Made by a program: the position numbers and the translations under genes. Source: a candidate division WOR-3 bacterium (lineage in GTDB: Bacteria > Hydrothermota > Tepidihabitantia > Tepidihabitantales > Tepidihabitantaceae). Taken from it: a DNA stretch of 64,000 bases. The stretch spans positions 32,001-96,000 of the forward strand of contig CBFGIT010000003.1 of the NCBI GenBank assembly GCA_965648905.1, written 5' to 3'. The notes beneath the pieces were generated by a model. That model worked only from the letters and a program-made list of their open reading frames with translations, did not search any database and had not been told where the DNA came from. Positions 1 through 10,651 of this stretch are shown piece after piece; within the stretch, counting starts at the first letter, position 1, and each line of letters opens with the position of its first letter.

Positions 1-113
1 CCAAGGTCAATCGTCCAAGATCAGTCCTTTCCGTGCCGGCCGTCAGCCGGCACGAGCTTGTCCAGAGCAAGAAGGGTGTCTGCCCGAACACAAGGTTACA
101 GCAAGGAGAGAAG

Positions 114-1211
114 ATGAAACACAACTGCCTACTCGCGATGGCCATCGTGGCCGTCATCACAACGGCCGCACGGGCCGACACGACGAGGGTTGATGTCAAG
201 TTGTGGCCGCCGCCCAAACAGCAGCTCACGCAGGATGACCTGTGGAACGCACAACTTACCACCTACGGTGGGCCGGTTGAGGTGCTCCTGAAAGGGTACG
301 TCATGGTCAAAGGCGACACGGTCCTGCGCGGGTTCGCAAGAAACATGCTTGTGCTCCAGAACGGCATGCGCCGGATTCAATCAACCGACATCACCGGGGT
401 GCGGGACCTGAAGGTCAAGAAGGAATACGAGGGGTTCACGGTTCGGGGCGGACAGGTTCCGGAAGGGAACTACACCTTCTGCCTTGAGGTGTATGAAGCA
501 AGCACAGGCCGCAGATTGGGCGGGGACTGCTTTGAGTTTTCGCCCGTGATTCCCGGCGCGCCGAGGCTCGTTTCGCCTAAAGACGGCGACACGATTCGCA
601 CCGCCACACCGACGTTCGTCTGGACCCCGCCGAGTCCGATGCCGAAGGGCCGCGTGACCTATGAGCTGACCATCGTCGAGGTGCGGCCGGGGCAGACCGC
701 TGAGGCGGCGCTGAGAGACAACAAACCGTTCTTCAAGAAGACCGGACTCACCACCACCAGCCTGACCTACCCGACCTCGGCGCGTCAGTTCGAAGACACG
801 CCGATTGGTGGTCAGGGCGGCGGACCCACAAAGCATTACGCGAACATGACTGAACTTCGGCGTCTGCTGGCTGAGTCGCCGGTTGACACCGCTCGGGCGG
901 CCGCACTCGGCAGAGCCCTGATGAAAGCCATCATTGAGGACGCGACCTACACCGAGCCGCCGCCACCGCCAGAGACTGAGCCAACCGGCCCGGATTCGGT
1001 GTCGGCCAAGGCATATGCCTGGCAGGTGTCCGCGGTCGCCCAAGGCTCGGCAATAGCGAGCGGCGCCGGGCTGTGTTACAAGCCCTCAATAATACGTCTC
1101 GCCGTCCCTCCATTGTTCGACGACCCGGTACCGCCACCGCCGCCGTCCCAACCATGGTGGGTCCGGCTGGGGAAGTGGCTTGACCAGAATCCGTACCCGG
1201 GCTGGCACTAA
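114..1211 (+). CDS. Secreted protein with Ig/FN3-like N-terminal module; paralog of the next gene
   Basis: ATG 114 after AGGAG. Signal peptide MKHNCLLAMAIVAVITTAARA. Shares PRL.SP.DGDT.R...PTF.WTPP.PMP.G.VTYEL..VE.R.GQ.A..AL..N.P.F....TSLTYPTSARQ and YAWQV with 1290..2918. Pro-rich C-terminus. Confidence 0.7.
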   Translation: MKHNCLLAMAIVAVITTAARADTTRVDVKLWPPPKQQLTQDDLWNAQLTTYGGPVEVLLKGYVMVKGDTVLRGFARNMLVLQNGMRRIQSTDITGVRDLKVKKEYEGFTVRGGQVPEGNYTFCLEVYEASTGRRLGGDCFEFSPVIPGAPRLVSPKDGDTIRTATPTFVWTPPSPMPKGRVTYELTIVEVRPGQTAEAALRDNKPFFKKTGLTTTSLTYPTSARQFEDTPIGGQGGGPTKHYANMTELRRLLAESPVDTARAAALGRALMKAIIEDATYTEPPPPPETEPTGPDSVSAKAYAWQVSAVAQGSAIASGAGLCYKPSIIRLAVPPLFDDPVPPPPPSQPWWVRLGKWLDQNPYPGWH

Positions 1212-1289
1212 GTCCGGTCGCTTCTTGAGGGACGCATCACTAACTCGGCTAACCGGTCATCGTCGTTGACCAAAGGAGGCAAGGTGCGA

Positions 1290-2918
1290 ATGCGTAGTCT
1301 GTCTATGGCAGCCGTAATAGCTGCAACCCTGTTCCCGGCCGTGATGTTGGCCTATCCGACCGTCAGGCTCAAGGTCCCGCCGCCGGGGCGGTACGGCATT
1401 GAGGACTTGTGGAAGGCGACCGTGACGTCGGATACGGTCTGCGACGCCTGGTTTGAAGGGTTTGTGTTCGAGGCGTCGCGCGGCCAGGTGTTCTGGGCCA
1501 AGACGAAACCTTTTCCGCTGCCGAAGGGTACGAGGCTCTACCAGTACAGAGACGTGAAGATAGACAAGACCGAGACTGTGTCCGGGTATGAGGTGTTCGT
1601 CACCCGCTCCGGGCAACTACCTGCCGGAACCTACCGGTTCGTGTTGATACTAAGGCCGTTCGGGGTAGGCGACTCGAACGAGTTCGACGCGGAGCCGATG
1701 GGCCCGCCGCGGCTGATTACGCCCCGTGACGGGGATACGGTCAGGCAGAAGTACCCAACCTTCACCTGGACTCCGCCTGCGCCGATGCCTGCCGGAGGCG
1801 TGACCTACGAACTGAGGCTGGTAGAGATAAGAACGGGCCAGTCGGCTCAGGAGGCGCTGGCCGCGAATCCGCCGTGGTTTGAGCAGAAGGACATCCGTAG
1901 CACCAGCCTGACCTATCCGACCTCAGCACGGCAGCTTGAGGACTTGCAGCCGGGTAAGATGTACGCCTGGCAAGTGACGGCGAAGGCGCGGGACGGAGCA
2001 GAGAGCAGGAGCGAAGTCCATCGGCTGAGCATGGGAGTTGATGTTCTCCCATCTGACACTTCGTACTGTGGTCCAATCGTCGAGCTTGATAGCACCAACG
2101 CCGACAGCCTCATAGTGCTGGGAAGATCTGTCGTAGTAATGGGACGAGACGATTGGCTGTGGGCCAGTGCAGAGCCCGTCATCAATCCTGCGCTGGAGCC
2201 GAGAGGTATGTTACGAGGTTCACCTGACACCTGTGTTCGCTCAGAACCGGCAGGAATCTGGCTGGACCCTCCCGTGAATTCTGCGTTCTGGCTGGGCGCC
2301 GGTGCTCGCGCTTTCCTCGAGCTTCACTGCAGAGGTAAGTCAGGGTGGTTGCGCATAGAGAGCCAGTGGTTCAATGAAGCCACAGGCGAGTGGCTGCCTG
2401 AGAAACCCACGGCCTCCACCCAAGAGCCTTGGATTGTTGGCGATGGCTGGCTGGGTTTTGTCGTCAAGATGGGCAACTCGTCTCGCAGGTGTCGCGGCAG
2501 ACTTGTGGAGCAGACAGAACCGGGCGTGTTCAAGGGCACCTACACTGGCTGGGTCTACTACTACTATGCAAAGAGCGTGTGGGGGGTCGAGAGCTTTGAG
2601 GCGGCCAGGAAGCCTTGGGAACCTTGGCCGGTCATAACTCTGGTTGTGGGGCCAGCGTCGCTGCCCCAAGGAATGCACCGGGTCAGCACACCTGCTGCGT
2701 TCAAGACCGAAGGGGATGGCTACATCCAGGAGTGTAAATGGCTGGTCGATAACCCATACGACGGTCGCATGAGGGTAAGCGTTCAAATGACCGGGCGGCC
2801 GACTGATTTGAATTCCAAGGGTAGTCTACGCTGGGTCGTATTCTGTTCAAGGCTTCCGCCAGTATCCTCGCCACATAGAGAGGACACTGATCCATATCTA
2901 CCCGGCGGTACGAAGTAG
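1290..2918 (+). CDS. Secreted protein with the same N-terminal module and an unrelated C-terminal domain
   Basis: AAGGAGG RBS, signal peptide, N-terminal ~250 aa clearly paralogous to 114..1211. Start could be GTG 1284. Confidence 0.7.
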   Translation: MRSLSMAAVIAATLFPAVMLAYPTVRLKVPPPGRYGIEDLWKATVTSDTVCDAWFEGFVFEASRGQVFWAKTKPFPLPKGTRLYQYRDVKIDKTETVSGYEVFVTRSGQLPAGTYRFVLILRPFGVGDSNEFDAEPMGPPRLITPRDGDTVRQKYPTFTWTPPAPMPAGGVTYELRLVEIRTGQSAQEALAANPPWFEQKDIRSTSLTYPTSARQLEDLQPGKMYAWQVTAKARDGAESRSEVHRLSMGVDVLPSDTSYCGPIVELDSTNADSLIVLGRSVVVMGRDDWLWASAEPVINPALEPRGMLRGSPDTCVRSEPAGIWLDPPVNSAFWLGAGARAFLELHCRGKSGWLRIESQWFNEATGEWLPEKPTASTQEPWIVGDGWLGFVVKMGNSSRRCRGRLVEQTEPGVFKGTYTGWVYYYYAKSVWGVESFEAARKPWEPWPVITLVVGPASLPQGMHRVSTPAAFKTEGDGYIQECKWLVDNPYDGRMRVSVQMTGRPTDLNSKGSLRWVVFCSRLPPVSSPHREDTDPYLPGGTK

Positions 2919-2974
2919 CAGGAGTACCGTATGCGTGCTTCCGTGCGATACCGTGACTGACAAAGGGAGGTGAG

Positions 2975-4708
2975 TTGGCAGGGTTCCCGGTAGCCCTTGT
3001 CCTGATCGCCCTCTCTGCCGGGCCGGTGCGGTTCTCTGGTTCAGCGAGTGTGTCCGGTGAGTATGGTTGGGTCTCGGGTGACCCGCTGGTCGAGCCAAGG
3101 CCGGAGCTGCGGTTCAGCCTGGACCCCACGATTTCGTTCTGGGGCTTTCCGCTTTCGCTCGGCATGAACCTGAGCACGATGGAGTCGAACCTGCGCCAGC
3201 AGTTGAACAAGTATCGGTTCTTCCTGCACCCGTCAGAGTGGGTTGAAGGGATAACGAGTCTTCCCGGGTTCGTGCTTTCAATCAAGAGCCTTGAACTCGG
3301 CTCGTGCCACCCGTCGTGGACGGCTTATACGCTCTCCGGCGCGCCGGTCCTGGGCGGCGCGTTCGAGCTGAATCCATGGTACGTCTATCTTGGCGGGGCC
3401 GCGGGTCGGGCCCAGCGCGCAGTCGTAGTCTCTGACTCGACCGAAGGCGCTTACTCGCGGATGCTCTACTCAGGCCGGTTCGGGTTCGGCAAGAAGGAGC
3501 GCACCCACTTCTTCTTGACCGGCATGTACGTAACCGACGACCCGTCGTCGCTTGAGCACAACCGGTTGCCGATGCCGGGTGATACAACCGTGCCGCCGGA
3601 CAGCTTCGAGGCGGTTAAGCCGCAGGAGAACTATGTTGTCGGCGCGGAGTTCAAGCTGCACCTGTACGATGGCGCTTTCACGCTCGAATCAGAGCTGACC
3701 GGGTCGGAATTGACCCGGGACAACCGGTTGCCGGTTGAGCGCTGGGACTGGTTGCCGGAATGGGTGGCGAGCACGTTCAAGCCGCGGATGTCAACTTCGG
3801 TGGACTACGCGTGGAAGGTCAGGCCGACCGCGAATCTGCTCAACACCAGGGTCTATGGCAGGTTCGAGTTCGTCGGGCCCGGCTACGTCTCGCTCGGCGC
3901 ACCCGGACTGCGCAAGGACAACCTGAAACTGGGCGGTGGTATCGAGCGCGACCTGTTCAACCGGAGTGTGACGCTGACCTGTGCCTACACGACCGAGCGC
4001 GACAATCTGCTCAGGCAACGCGTGACCTGGCAGGATGCGGTTGTGAACGGAGCGGAGACAACATACGTAACAAGAGAAAGGGTTCTGACCCTGAAGAGCG
4101 CGACGACGCGGTTTGCGAACTGGGAGGCAAGCCTCGGCATTTCGTTCCCGAACCTGCCGTACCTGCAGGCCGGATACTACCCTTATACGCAGGCGAGCGA
4201 CAGCCTCGATGAACTGGGCAACGCGGCATTGACCAAGACCATGAAAGGCAACGTTGTCTCGGTGAGCGCCGGGTACAGCTTCCAGACCGGCAGTCTGGCG
4301 CACTCACCAGGAGTTTCCTTCAGCTACAACGACCTGCGCGGTGACGAACCGGACATGGACAACACGAACTGGGACCTGGGCCTGAGTCACGGCCTGGGGT
4401 TCGAGTTCCCGCTGTCGCTTTTTTTGAGCGGCGGCTACAGCCGCTCTGTGTCTGCCTCGGCCAAGCCGGACGAGCGAATCTACTTCGACCTGACGCCTTC
4501 GTACACGCTGTTTCAGGTTTGGCGTAACAGCCTGACTCTCGGCGCGACCTTTGGAACTGCCACCCGGTACGACACGCGGCTTACCTCCTCATTTCCGGTC
4601 TGGAAGATTGCCGACGCGCGCCTGGGTTTTGCCGACGCTATCTACCAGGGCGACGACGGCAGCTACAACGACCTGCGCCTTACCGCGGAGCTTGCCAAGA
4701 GCTGGTAG
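2975..4708 (+). CDS. Putative outer-membrane beta-barrel protein
   Basis: Signal peptide, alternating amphipathic Gly/aromatic strands throughout, C-terminal aromatic residue (LRLTAELAKSW). Confidence 0.65.
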   Translation: MAGFPVALVLIALSAGPVRFSGSASVSGEYGWVSGDPLVEPRPELRFSLDPTISFWGFPLSLGMNLSTMESNLRQQLNKYRFFLHPSEWVEGITSLPGFVLSIKSLELGSCHPSWTAYTLSGAPVLGGAFELNPWYVYLGGAAGRAQRAVVVSDSTEGAYSRMLYSGRFGFGKKERTHFFLTGMYVTDDPSSLEHNRLPMPGDTTVPPDSFEAVKPQENYVVGAEFKLHLYDGAFTLESELTGSELTRDNRLPVERWDWLPEWVASTFKPRMSTSVDYAWKVRPTANLLNTRVYGRFEFVGPGYVSLGAPGLRKDNLKLGGGIERDLFNRSVTLTCAYTTERDNLLRQRVTWQDAVVNGAETTYVTRERVLTLKSATTRFANWEASLGISFPNLPYLQAGYYPYTQASDSLDELGNAALTKTMKGNVVSVSAGYSFQTGSLAHSPGVSFSYNDLRGDEPDMDNTNWDLGLSHGLGFEFPLSLFLSGGYSRSVSASAKPDERIYFDLTPSYTLFQVWRNSLTLGATFGTATRYDTRLTSSFPVWKIADARLGFADAIYQGDDGSYNDLRLTAELAKSW

Positions 4709-4709
4709 C

Positions 4710-4957
4710 CCGGGTTGGCTGGTGTCAGCCAGGGACCCCGCGGCAGCAGAACACAGAGTGCCGGAGCTGTATGTCGAGTCGTTGGTGACCGCGCCAGCCA
4801 CGGCAATCGCGCCATCGCGGTAGTCGATGCCGACTGCCTGGGCGTCAGCGCCGAAGTCGAATCGATGCAGCCAGAGCGTATCCTGGGCCGGGCCGACCGA
4901 AGCCGCGGCAAATACCAGGAGCACGGCCAGACTGAAATGTCCTTCTGCTGCTCTCAC
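4710..4957 (-). pseudogene. Truncated secreted-protein gene remnant
   Basis: Good RBS (AAGGAGG) before GTG 4957, signal peptide and WLHRFD..DAQAVGIDY propeller-like start. The frame then runs ~120 bp antisense into the barrel gene. Confidence 0.4.
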
Positions 4958-5129
4958 GGTTCCTCCTTAGGGGGCACAGATTGAATGGATTTCCGCTGTC
5001 CTCGGTAGATAGGTATAGTCAGACCCGTACAGAAGTCAAGCAAGTTGAGAGACTGGACCATCGGGCAGTGGATTGCGCACGCCAGACCGTTGCCTGGTTC
5101 CAGGAATCGAACGGCTCGGTCAGAAGTCG

Positions 5130-5444
5130 CTAGCGCTTTCTCTCGGCCTCGTATTCCTTTTTCTTTGCTTCGAGATCGGATTCAAGCCGCGCGATTTCGC
5201 GATACAGGCGCTTGAGTTCGTCGTCAGGGGTAATCGGTTCTTCCGGAGTCCGGGAAAGTCGGTCGTAGACCCGACCACCGAGCCGGGCCATGGCGCGTTC
5301 GATTTCACGGCTCAGGCGGAAGAGCTCGACTTTGAGCCGGCCGCGGCGTGTGAGGTCCTCGGCCTCTTTGATGGCCGAGCGGGTCGCGTCACCCAGCCAG
5401 ACCCGGACGTCATCCCACAGTGTCTCGATGTCCTTTTTTGCCAT
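5130..5444 (-). CDS. Small coiled-coil hypothetical protein
   Basis: 104-aa charged helical ORF with RBS, co-directional with the upstream gene. Confidence 0.7.
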   Translation of the reverse strand: MAKKDIETLWDDVRVWLGDATRSAIKEAEDLTRRGRLKVELFRLSREIERAMARLGGRVYDRLSRTPEEPITPDDELKRLYREIARLESDLEAKKKEYEAERKR

Positions 5445-5456
5445 TGCTGGTCCTTT

Positions 5457-7100
5457 CTACCTGGATACAAGCACAAGCTTCACTCTTGGCGTACGCCCCT
5501 GATTACTTCTACCGAACCCGGGTACGTGTTTCGGCTCCGCGAAGTAGCAGCCCGGCCCGAGCCGGTTGCCGCGACCGTCGGTCCCGTCCCAGAAGAAGGC
5601 AGCCGACTGCGGACCGTGGACCGTGGACAGGGACAAGGTGCGGACCAGGCGGCCTGCGGCGTCGAAGATCTGCACAGAGGAGACATTGGGGAAACAGAAC
5701 GTGAACTGACGTCCTATGCTCGGGACACGATCCGAATTGCCGGGCAATTCGGTCATGTCCCCGCGCTCGGCCAGGCCGGAGCCGTGACCGCGCCAGACGC
5801 ATATCGGGTTATTCGACACCGGGCCGATGTTGTCGGAGTTGAACCCGGCGACGATGTCCTGTTCGAAGAAAACCGTAACCGAGTCGCCGGTGCAGTTGCG
5901 GGCGATAACCGGGAACCGTTTCGAGGTCTGGTCGGTCGGCACCAGCTTGAACGGCTCGGTCCAGAAAAGGCCGTCGTCCGAGCAGGAGAGGAAGACATCG
6001 GCCCGAAGCAGGTCTGTGCTCGGCTCGACATTCAATGAGTCGAACTGCTCCCAGGCAACGTAGAGCCGGCCGTTCTCCTGATTCTCGCCGATGCTCGGCC
6101 GACCGCAGAGGGCGGCGTTGGCTCCGAACCCGCCAGCGAGGTTGTGCGACTCGGCCCGATGGATTCTCGACCACGTTGCCGCCGCGATGTCGTACAGCCA
6201 GATTTCGGCCGGGTTCCAGTAGGCCGAGTCGCCGATAAGCGGAACGAGCGTGGTCACAAGCAGCGGGTTGTCGCTGCGGTCCATAACGAGACCCGCGCCG
6301 ATTGCGCAGACCGTACCGGTGTCACCACCGAACGCGTCGGGCGGGGTCAGGGTCGTGATGGGTTCCCAGTTCGCGCCTGCATCGGTGGACATGCGGTAGT
6401 GCAGGGCCATCTCGGCATTGCTGCCTGACATCCAGGTCGCAACGAGCTTCCCGGACGTATGCGAGGCGATGAGGTTATGGCCGAATGCACCGGTCTGAAT
6501 CCAGCCGGTCGGCAGCTCCCAGTTGCACCAGCTTGTGCTCCGGGTGTAGAACAGGTTGTCTGACACCGCGAACTTGATGATGAGCAGATGGGTCGTGCCG
6601 TCCGCAGTCGCCGCCGCCACCGGCAGGAAGTAACCTTCAAGGTCAGGAGCGCCGTCGCAGTATGAGAAGATCCCTCCGCCAGGAGCCACGTCTTTGGCGA
6701 CAATCGGCACAAAGGTCGGCGGCATGCCGCCGGTTGAGTAGTGGCAGGCGATAAGCGCAGCGCCGTCTGCCGGGTTCAGTTCCAGCGAGCCGTACCCGGT
6801 GCGCTGGGTTTGACTGTTGATGCCCGAGGCCATGAAGTCAGGGTCGTTCCAGTTCCAGGTTCCGGTGTTGCGGTCAAAGTAGTTGTAGCGGACCGTGCGG
6901 TCCGGCCAGTTCGAGCCGTAAGGTAGCGCGCTGTACAACCAGATGACGTGGATACCGTTGGTCGGGTCCTGCGCCACCCACTGCAGGGCCGGGACCGAGT
7001 TCTGGTTGTCGAAGGTCGTGCCGCCAACCGTATCCACGATTCCGACCGGCTGGGCGACCGTCAGGCAGGTCGAGGTCAAGAGTATCGCAAAGAACCTCAT
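5457..7100 (-). CDS. Secreted beta-rich protein (BNR-like motifs) with FlgD-Ig/T9SS-like C-terminal domain
   Basis: Signal peptide, STDAGANW Asp-box, C-terminal IFDAAGRLVRTL...WDGTDGRGNRLGPGCYF. Confidence 0.75.
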   Translation of the reverse strand: MRFFAILLTSTCLTVAQPVGIVDTVGGTTFDNQNSVPALQWVAQDPTNGIHVIWLYSALPYGSNWPDRTVRYNYFDRNTGTWNWNDPDFMASGINSQTQRTGYGSLELNPADGAALIACHYSTGGMPPTFVPIVAKDVAPGGGIFSYCDGAPDLEGYFLPVAAATADGTTHLLIIKFAVSDNLFYTRSTSWCNWELPTGWIQTGAFGHNLIASHTSGKLVATWMSGSNAEMALHYRMSTDAGANWEPITTLTPPDAFGGDTGTVCAIGAGLVMDRSDNPLLVTTLVPLIGDSAYWNPAEIWLYDIAAATWSRIHRAESHNLAGGFGANAALCGRPSIGENQENGRLYVAWEQFDSLNVEPSTDLLRADVFLSCSDDGLFWTEPFKLVPTDQTSKRFPVIARNCTGDSVTVFFEQDIVAGFNSDNIGPVSNNPICVWRGHGSGLAERGDMTELPGNSDRVPSIGRQFTFCFPNVSSVQIFDAAGRLVRTLSLSTVHGPQSAAFFWDGTDGRGNRLGPGCYFAEPKHVPGFGRSNQGRTPRVKLVLVSR

Positions 7101-7114
7101 GTCGTTCCTCCAGT

Positions 7115-8698
7115 CTATCGGACCACAACGATGCTGATGTGTCGGCCCGAGTGCTCAAGGCGGTAGACACCGGTCACCAGTCCGGCAGTGCTCAATTGGT
7201 CTTCGCCCTCGGTAACCAGGCGTCCGGCAGCCGAGAACAAGCGGTATCTGCCGGGCAAGGATAGAACGTTGCCGGCCGGAAAGAAAGTGGATGTGGGATG
7301 CGCGCCGAAAAGTCGCGTAGCTTCGGACGTCTCCGGCCGCTCGGCAATGCCGGCTGCTGCGGCTGTGTACGAGTAGGCCATCGTACCAAACGGGTAGTGG
7401 CTTACCGGCACGAGATAGACCGTCTGATACGCCGTGTCGAAGCCGGGCACGCTCGCCCTGGCGTGCTGCAGCGAGTCGAGCGTCAACGTGTCGAGCACCA
7501 TGCGCCGGCCGACCGAATCATGACAGATTAGATACAGCCGGAAGTCAGCCTCGTCCGCGCCGTCAAAGGTCAGTTCCAGATCCCGGCCCCGTTGGAACCG
7601 AACGTACTCGCCAGCCCAGCGTTGCAGGCTGGCGTTGCGCGACACCGGATAATTCGAGTGGGTCGTGACGCCGAAGCGCGGCACGCGCTCGCCGAAGTAG
7701 CCGTAGCGGCCGCTGAAGTACGCGGTGTCGTTGATGATATTGGCCAGCACCCAGCCGTCGAGCACGTCCTCGAACCGCTCGAACCGGCCGGTCGCGGCAA
7801 AGCCGGCATCAACGCCCTCGATGCTTGCCTGGGGCGCGGCAACAATGTTGCGAATCAGGTCGGTGCCGACCCGGCCGCCGTACTGCTCGTAGAGGTATAG
7901 AAAGAAAAGGTAGGTCTTGATGTAGTCGGCCCATTGCCCGTTCCACGCGGTCAGGTCGTTGTCCGGGTTGGAGTTGAACCCGGATATCGGGTCAGGTGAG
8001 CCATAGAGCCACATCGCCAGCTCCGAACAGCCTTCGTCGACCCAGAGCGACTCGGCCGGGTCATAGTTCCAGTGAATCATGTGGCCGAACTCGTGGGCGG
8101 CAATCGCGATCCGATAGTCACCAGCCGGGTTCGCCGGGTAGCAGTCGAGGTAGACGCACTCGACCTCGTTTGAGTGGTAGCCGAACAGCCGCAGTGACGT
8201 CGTGTCGTAATACTCGTCGAAGAATTGCCAGAACCCGTCAAACTGGTAGCCGTGGAACTGACCGATGTTGTAGTAGAGCAGATAGATGGCAGAGTCGTTG
8301 TCAATGGCATCGGGTGGCTGGCCGAGCACGGTGGTGTTATGATACCAGACGCCGTGATGCGAGTCGCGGGGACTGGAGTTTTCGAAGCGTTCGGCGATGC
8401 GGACGACGTCCTCGGAGTCGACGACGCCGGCTTCCCACACCGAGTCGTGGACCATCACGTAGACGTGCGGGCCCAGGGCGCGGCAAGTCAGCTCGGCCTC
8501 AAACTGCTGGGGCGGCATCACGCTCATGTTCTGCAGCCACATCAGCCGGGTCTCGCCGACCCGGGGTGGACTGGCGCCGTCTCTCGGAACCGGTCGAGCT
8601 ACGGGTGCGACCGGCCGCAGCGCGTTGAAGACTTGCGTGCCGCACCGCATCGGTGCGGAGTTGGCCTGTACGGTGAGGAAGACGGTCAGTATCAGCAT
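7115..8698 (-). CDS. Secreted zinc metallopeptidase (M30/M6-like) with T9SS-like tail
   Basis: HEFGH zinc motif followed by WVDEGCSE. Signal peptide. Tail LFSAAGRLV...GVYRL. Confidence 0.75.
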   Translation of the reverse strand: MLILTVFLTVQANSAPMRCGTQVFNALRPVAPVARPVPRDGASPPRVGETRLMWLQNMSVMPPQQFEAELTCRALGPHVYVMVHDSVWEAGVVDSEDVVRIAERFENSSPRDSHHGVWYHNTTVLGQPPDAIDNDSAIYLLYYNIGQFHGYQFDGFWQFFDEYYDTTSLRLFGYHSNEVECVYLDCYPANPAGDYRIAIAAHEFGHMIHWNYDPAESLWVDEGCSELAMWLYGSPDPISGFNSNPDNDLTAWNGQWADYIKTYLFFLYLYEQYGGRVGTDLIRNIVAAPQASIEGVDAGFAATGRFERFEDVLDGWVLANIINDTAYFSGRYGYFGERVPRFGVTTHSNYPVSRNASLQRWAGEYVRFQRGRDLELTFDGADEADFRLYLICHDSVGRRMVLDTLTLDSLQHARASVPGFDTAYQTVYLVPVSHYPFGTMAYSYTAAAAGIAERPETSEATRLFGAHPTSTFFPAGNVLSLPGRYRLFSAAGRLVTEGEDQLSTAGLVTGVYRLEHSGRHISIVVVR

Positions 8699-8726
8699 TG
8701 GCTCTCCAAGTATGAACTCAAGAGTA

Positions 8727-8754
8727 ATTCTATTGGGCGCGGCCCGGATGTCAA
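8727..8754 (-). promoter_or_regulatory. sigma70-type promoter TTGACA-N16-TAGAAT for the metallopeptidase operon
   Basis: Read directly on the minus strand upstream of 8698. Confidence 0.6.
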
Positions 8755-8770
8755 AGCACCGGCCGGCGCG

Positions 8771-10651
8771 TCACTCGGACTTCAGCTCTCTGACCGTGGC
8801 GAGAAAACCACTGGGCCGGCCGCGGCCGTCGCGCAGAAGCGTCGCGTTCAGCTCAGCCCGGAAGCGCGAGCCGTCACGGCGCAGCATGACGTACTCGACG
8901 CCCTTCAGGGTTTCGCCGGCCCGGGTGCGTTCAATGTTGGTCCTGGCCCGGGCATGCTCTTCTGGTGCCAGCAGCTCAAGCGCGTTCCTGCCGAGCAGCT
9001 TCTCGGCCCGGGCCACGCCGTGCATCCGCAGCGCCTCGGACGAGACGTAGGTAATGGTACCTTCGAGGTCGGTCGCCGTGACCGCGTAAGGCAGGGCACG
9101 CAGCAATGACGCGCAGAACTCCTCGGAGTCGTGCAGTGCCTGGTCCCGGGTTCGGCGCTCAGTGATGTCACGGACCAGAACCAGAGTCGCGGGCTCGCCG
9201 GCCCAGACTATGCGGCTGGCGTTGATTTCAACCGGAACCTCGGTCCCGTCCTGCCGCACCGCGGTCAGCTCGTAGCGTGCCGGCGCTGGCTCGCCGGCAA
9301 TGCGCCGGTGCAGCCGGTCCATGACCCAGGTTGTGTCGTCTGGTCGGATGATGTCGCGGACGTGCAGACCGAGCATCTCCTCGACCGTTCGGCCGAGCAA
9401 TTCCGCACCTCGACGGTTGACGTACCGATGTCGGCCGTCGGCGCCGACGATGCCGATGCCGTCGGGCAGGCTCTCGGCCAGGGCCCGGAAGCCGGCCTCG
9501 CTTTCGACCAGCGCCCTCTCTGCCTGTCTGAGCGCGGTTAGGTCTTGCGCCATCAACATGCTTCCCTCGTGTTCGCCGGTTGGTCCGAACAGCGGCCGGC
9601 TGAGCCACGACAGAACCCGCTCCACTCCGTCCTTGGTCACGATTGCCGCCTCGAGCTCCACAGGCTCGGCCGCCGCACCGCTGGTCGAGAACAACCGAGC
9701 CCGGTCAGCCGCGTCGGGCAGTAGAAGCATCCAGACGTCAGACGCACCCTGAACCTGGTCCCGTGGGTAGCCCGTGAGCAGTTCTGCCGCCCGATTCCAG
9801 GACCGCACCCTGCCGCCTAGGTCAACGACCGCGGAGAACATGCGCGCGCTCTCGGTGATGCTCTCACGGAGCTGACTTAGTGCGGCGAGTTCGGTCAATG
9901 CCTGACGATGCTCGCTTGCGTCATTGACGACCGCCAGCAGGTAGGTGGGCGTTCCGGACTGGTCACAGACGTTGCGTATGGTCTCACGCACCCAGCCAAT
10001 CGAGCTGTCCTTTCGGACCACACGGTAGTCACGGGTAACGATGTAGTTTGGAACCGCACGCAGTTTTTCCGAGGCCCCCCGCATCCGGAGCAGGTCTTCG
10101 GGATGGATGATGTCACGCCAGCGTACGCGGCCAGACAGAAACTCATCTTCGGAGTAGCCCGTAATCTCCCGCACCGCGCCCCGCAGGAACAGCGGCGAGT
10201 AATCAAGTTGCCCGAAGAACGCGATGCCCTGGAAACTGTCAATGAACAACCGATACCGGTCTTCGACGGCACGGTGCTCAGCTTCGGCCTGCAGTCTCGC
10301 CCGGATGTCGCGCAGAACCAGAACCGCACCGACCACGGCCCCGGCCGGGACTTTCACGACCCGGGCCGACACGCCGACCGGAACCTGACTGCCGTCCGAG
10401 GTTCTGACGCTCATTTCCTTGCAGCAGAGCTCGCCCTGGGCGAACACCCGGGCAAGCGCCTCATTGAGCTGTGCCGCGGGTTCGAACAACGAATTCGCGG
10501 CCTGGCCCTCGAGCCCGAGCGGCCCCGATTTCACCAACCGGCGGGCCGACTCATTCGCACCGATGATTGTACCTTCGGTTGAGACCACCAGCACGGCATC
10601 AAGCATCGCATCGAGGATGCTGCCGGCCTCCCAATGCAAGGAAGTTGACAT
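8771..10651 (-). CDS. Multi-PAS/PAC sensor protein (about five PAS domains) with no output domain
   Basis: Repeated D...I...N..A..L.G and R.DG......V.D(I/V)T PAS/PAC motifs. Ends right after the last PAC. Confidence 0.85.
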   Translation of the reverse strand: MSTSLHWEAGSILDAMLDAVLVVSTEGTIIGANESARRLVKSGPLGLEGQAANSLFEPAAQLNEALARVFAQGELCCKEMSVRTSDGSQVPVGVSARVVKVPAGAVVGAVLVLRDIRARLQAEAEHRAVEDRYRLFIDSFQGIAFFGQLDYSPLFLRGAVREITGYSEDEFLSGRVRWRDIIHPEDLLRMRGASEKLRAVPNYIVTRDYRVVRKDSSIGWVRETIRNVCDQSGTPTYLLAVVNDASEHRQALTELAALSQLRESITESARMFSAVVDLGGRVRSWNRAAELLTGYPRDQVQGASDVWMLLLPDAADRARLFSTSGAAAEPVELEAAIVTKDGVERVLSWLSRPLFGPTGEHEGSMLMAQDLTALRQAERALVESEAGFRALAESLPDGIGIVGADGRHRYVNRRGAELLGRTVEEMLGLHVRDIIRPDDTTWVMDRLHRRIAGEPAPARYELTAVRQDGTEVPVEINASRIVWAGEPATLVLVRDITERRTRDQALHDSEEFCASLLRALPYAVTATDLEGTITYVSSEALRMHGVARAEKLLGRNALELLAPEEHARARTNIERTRAGETLKGVEYVMLRRDGSRFRAELNATLLRDGRGRPSGFLATVRELKSE

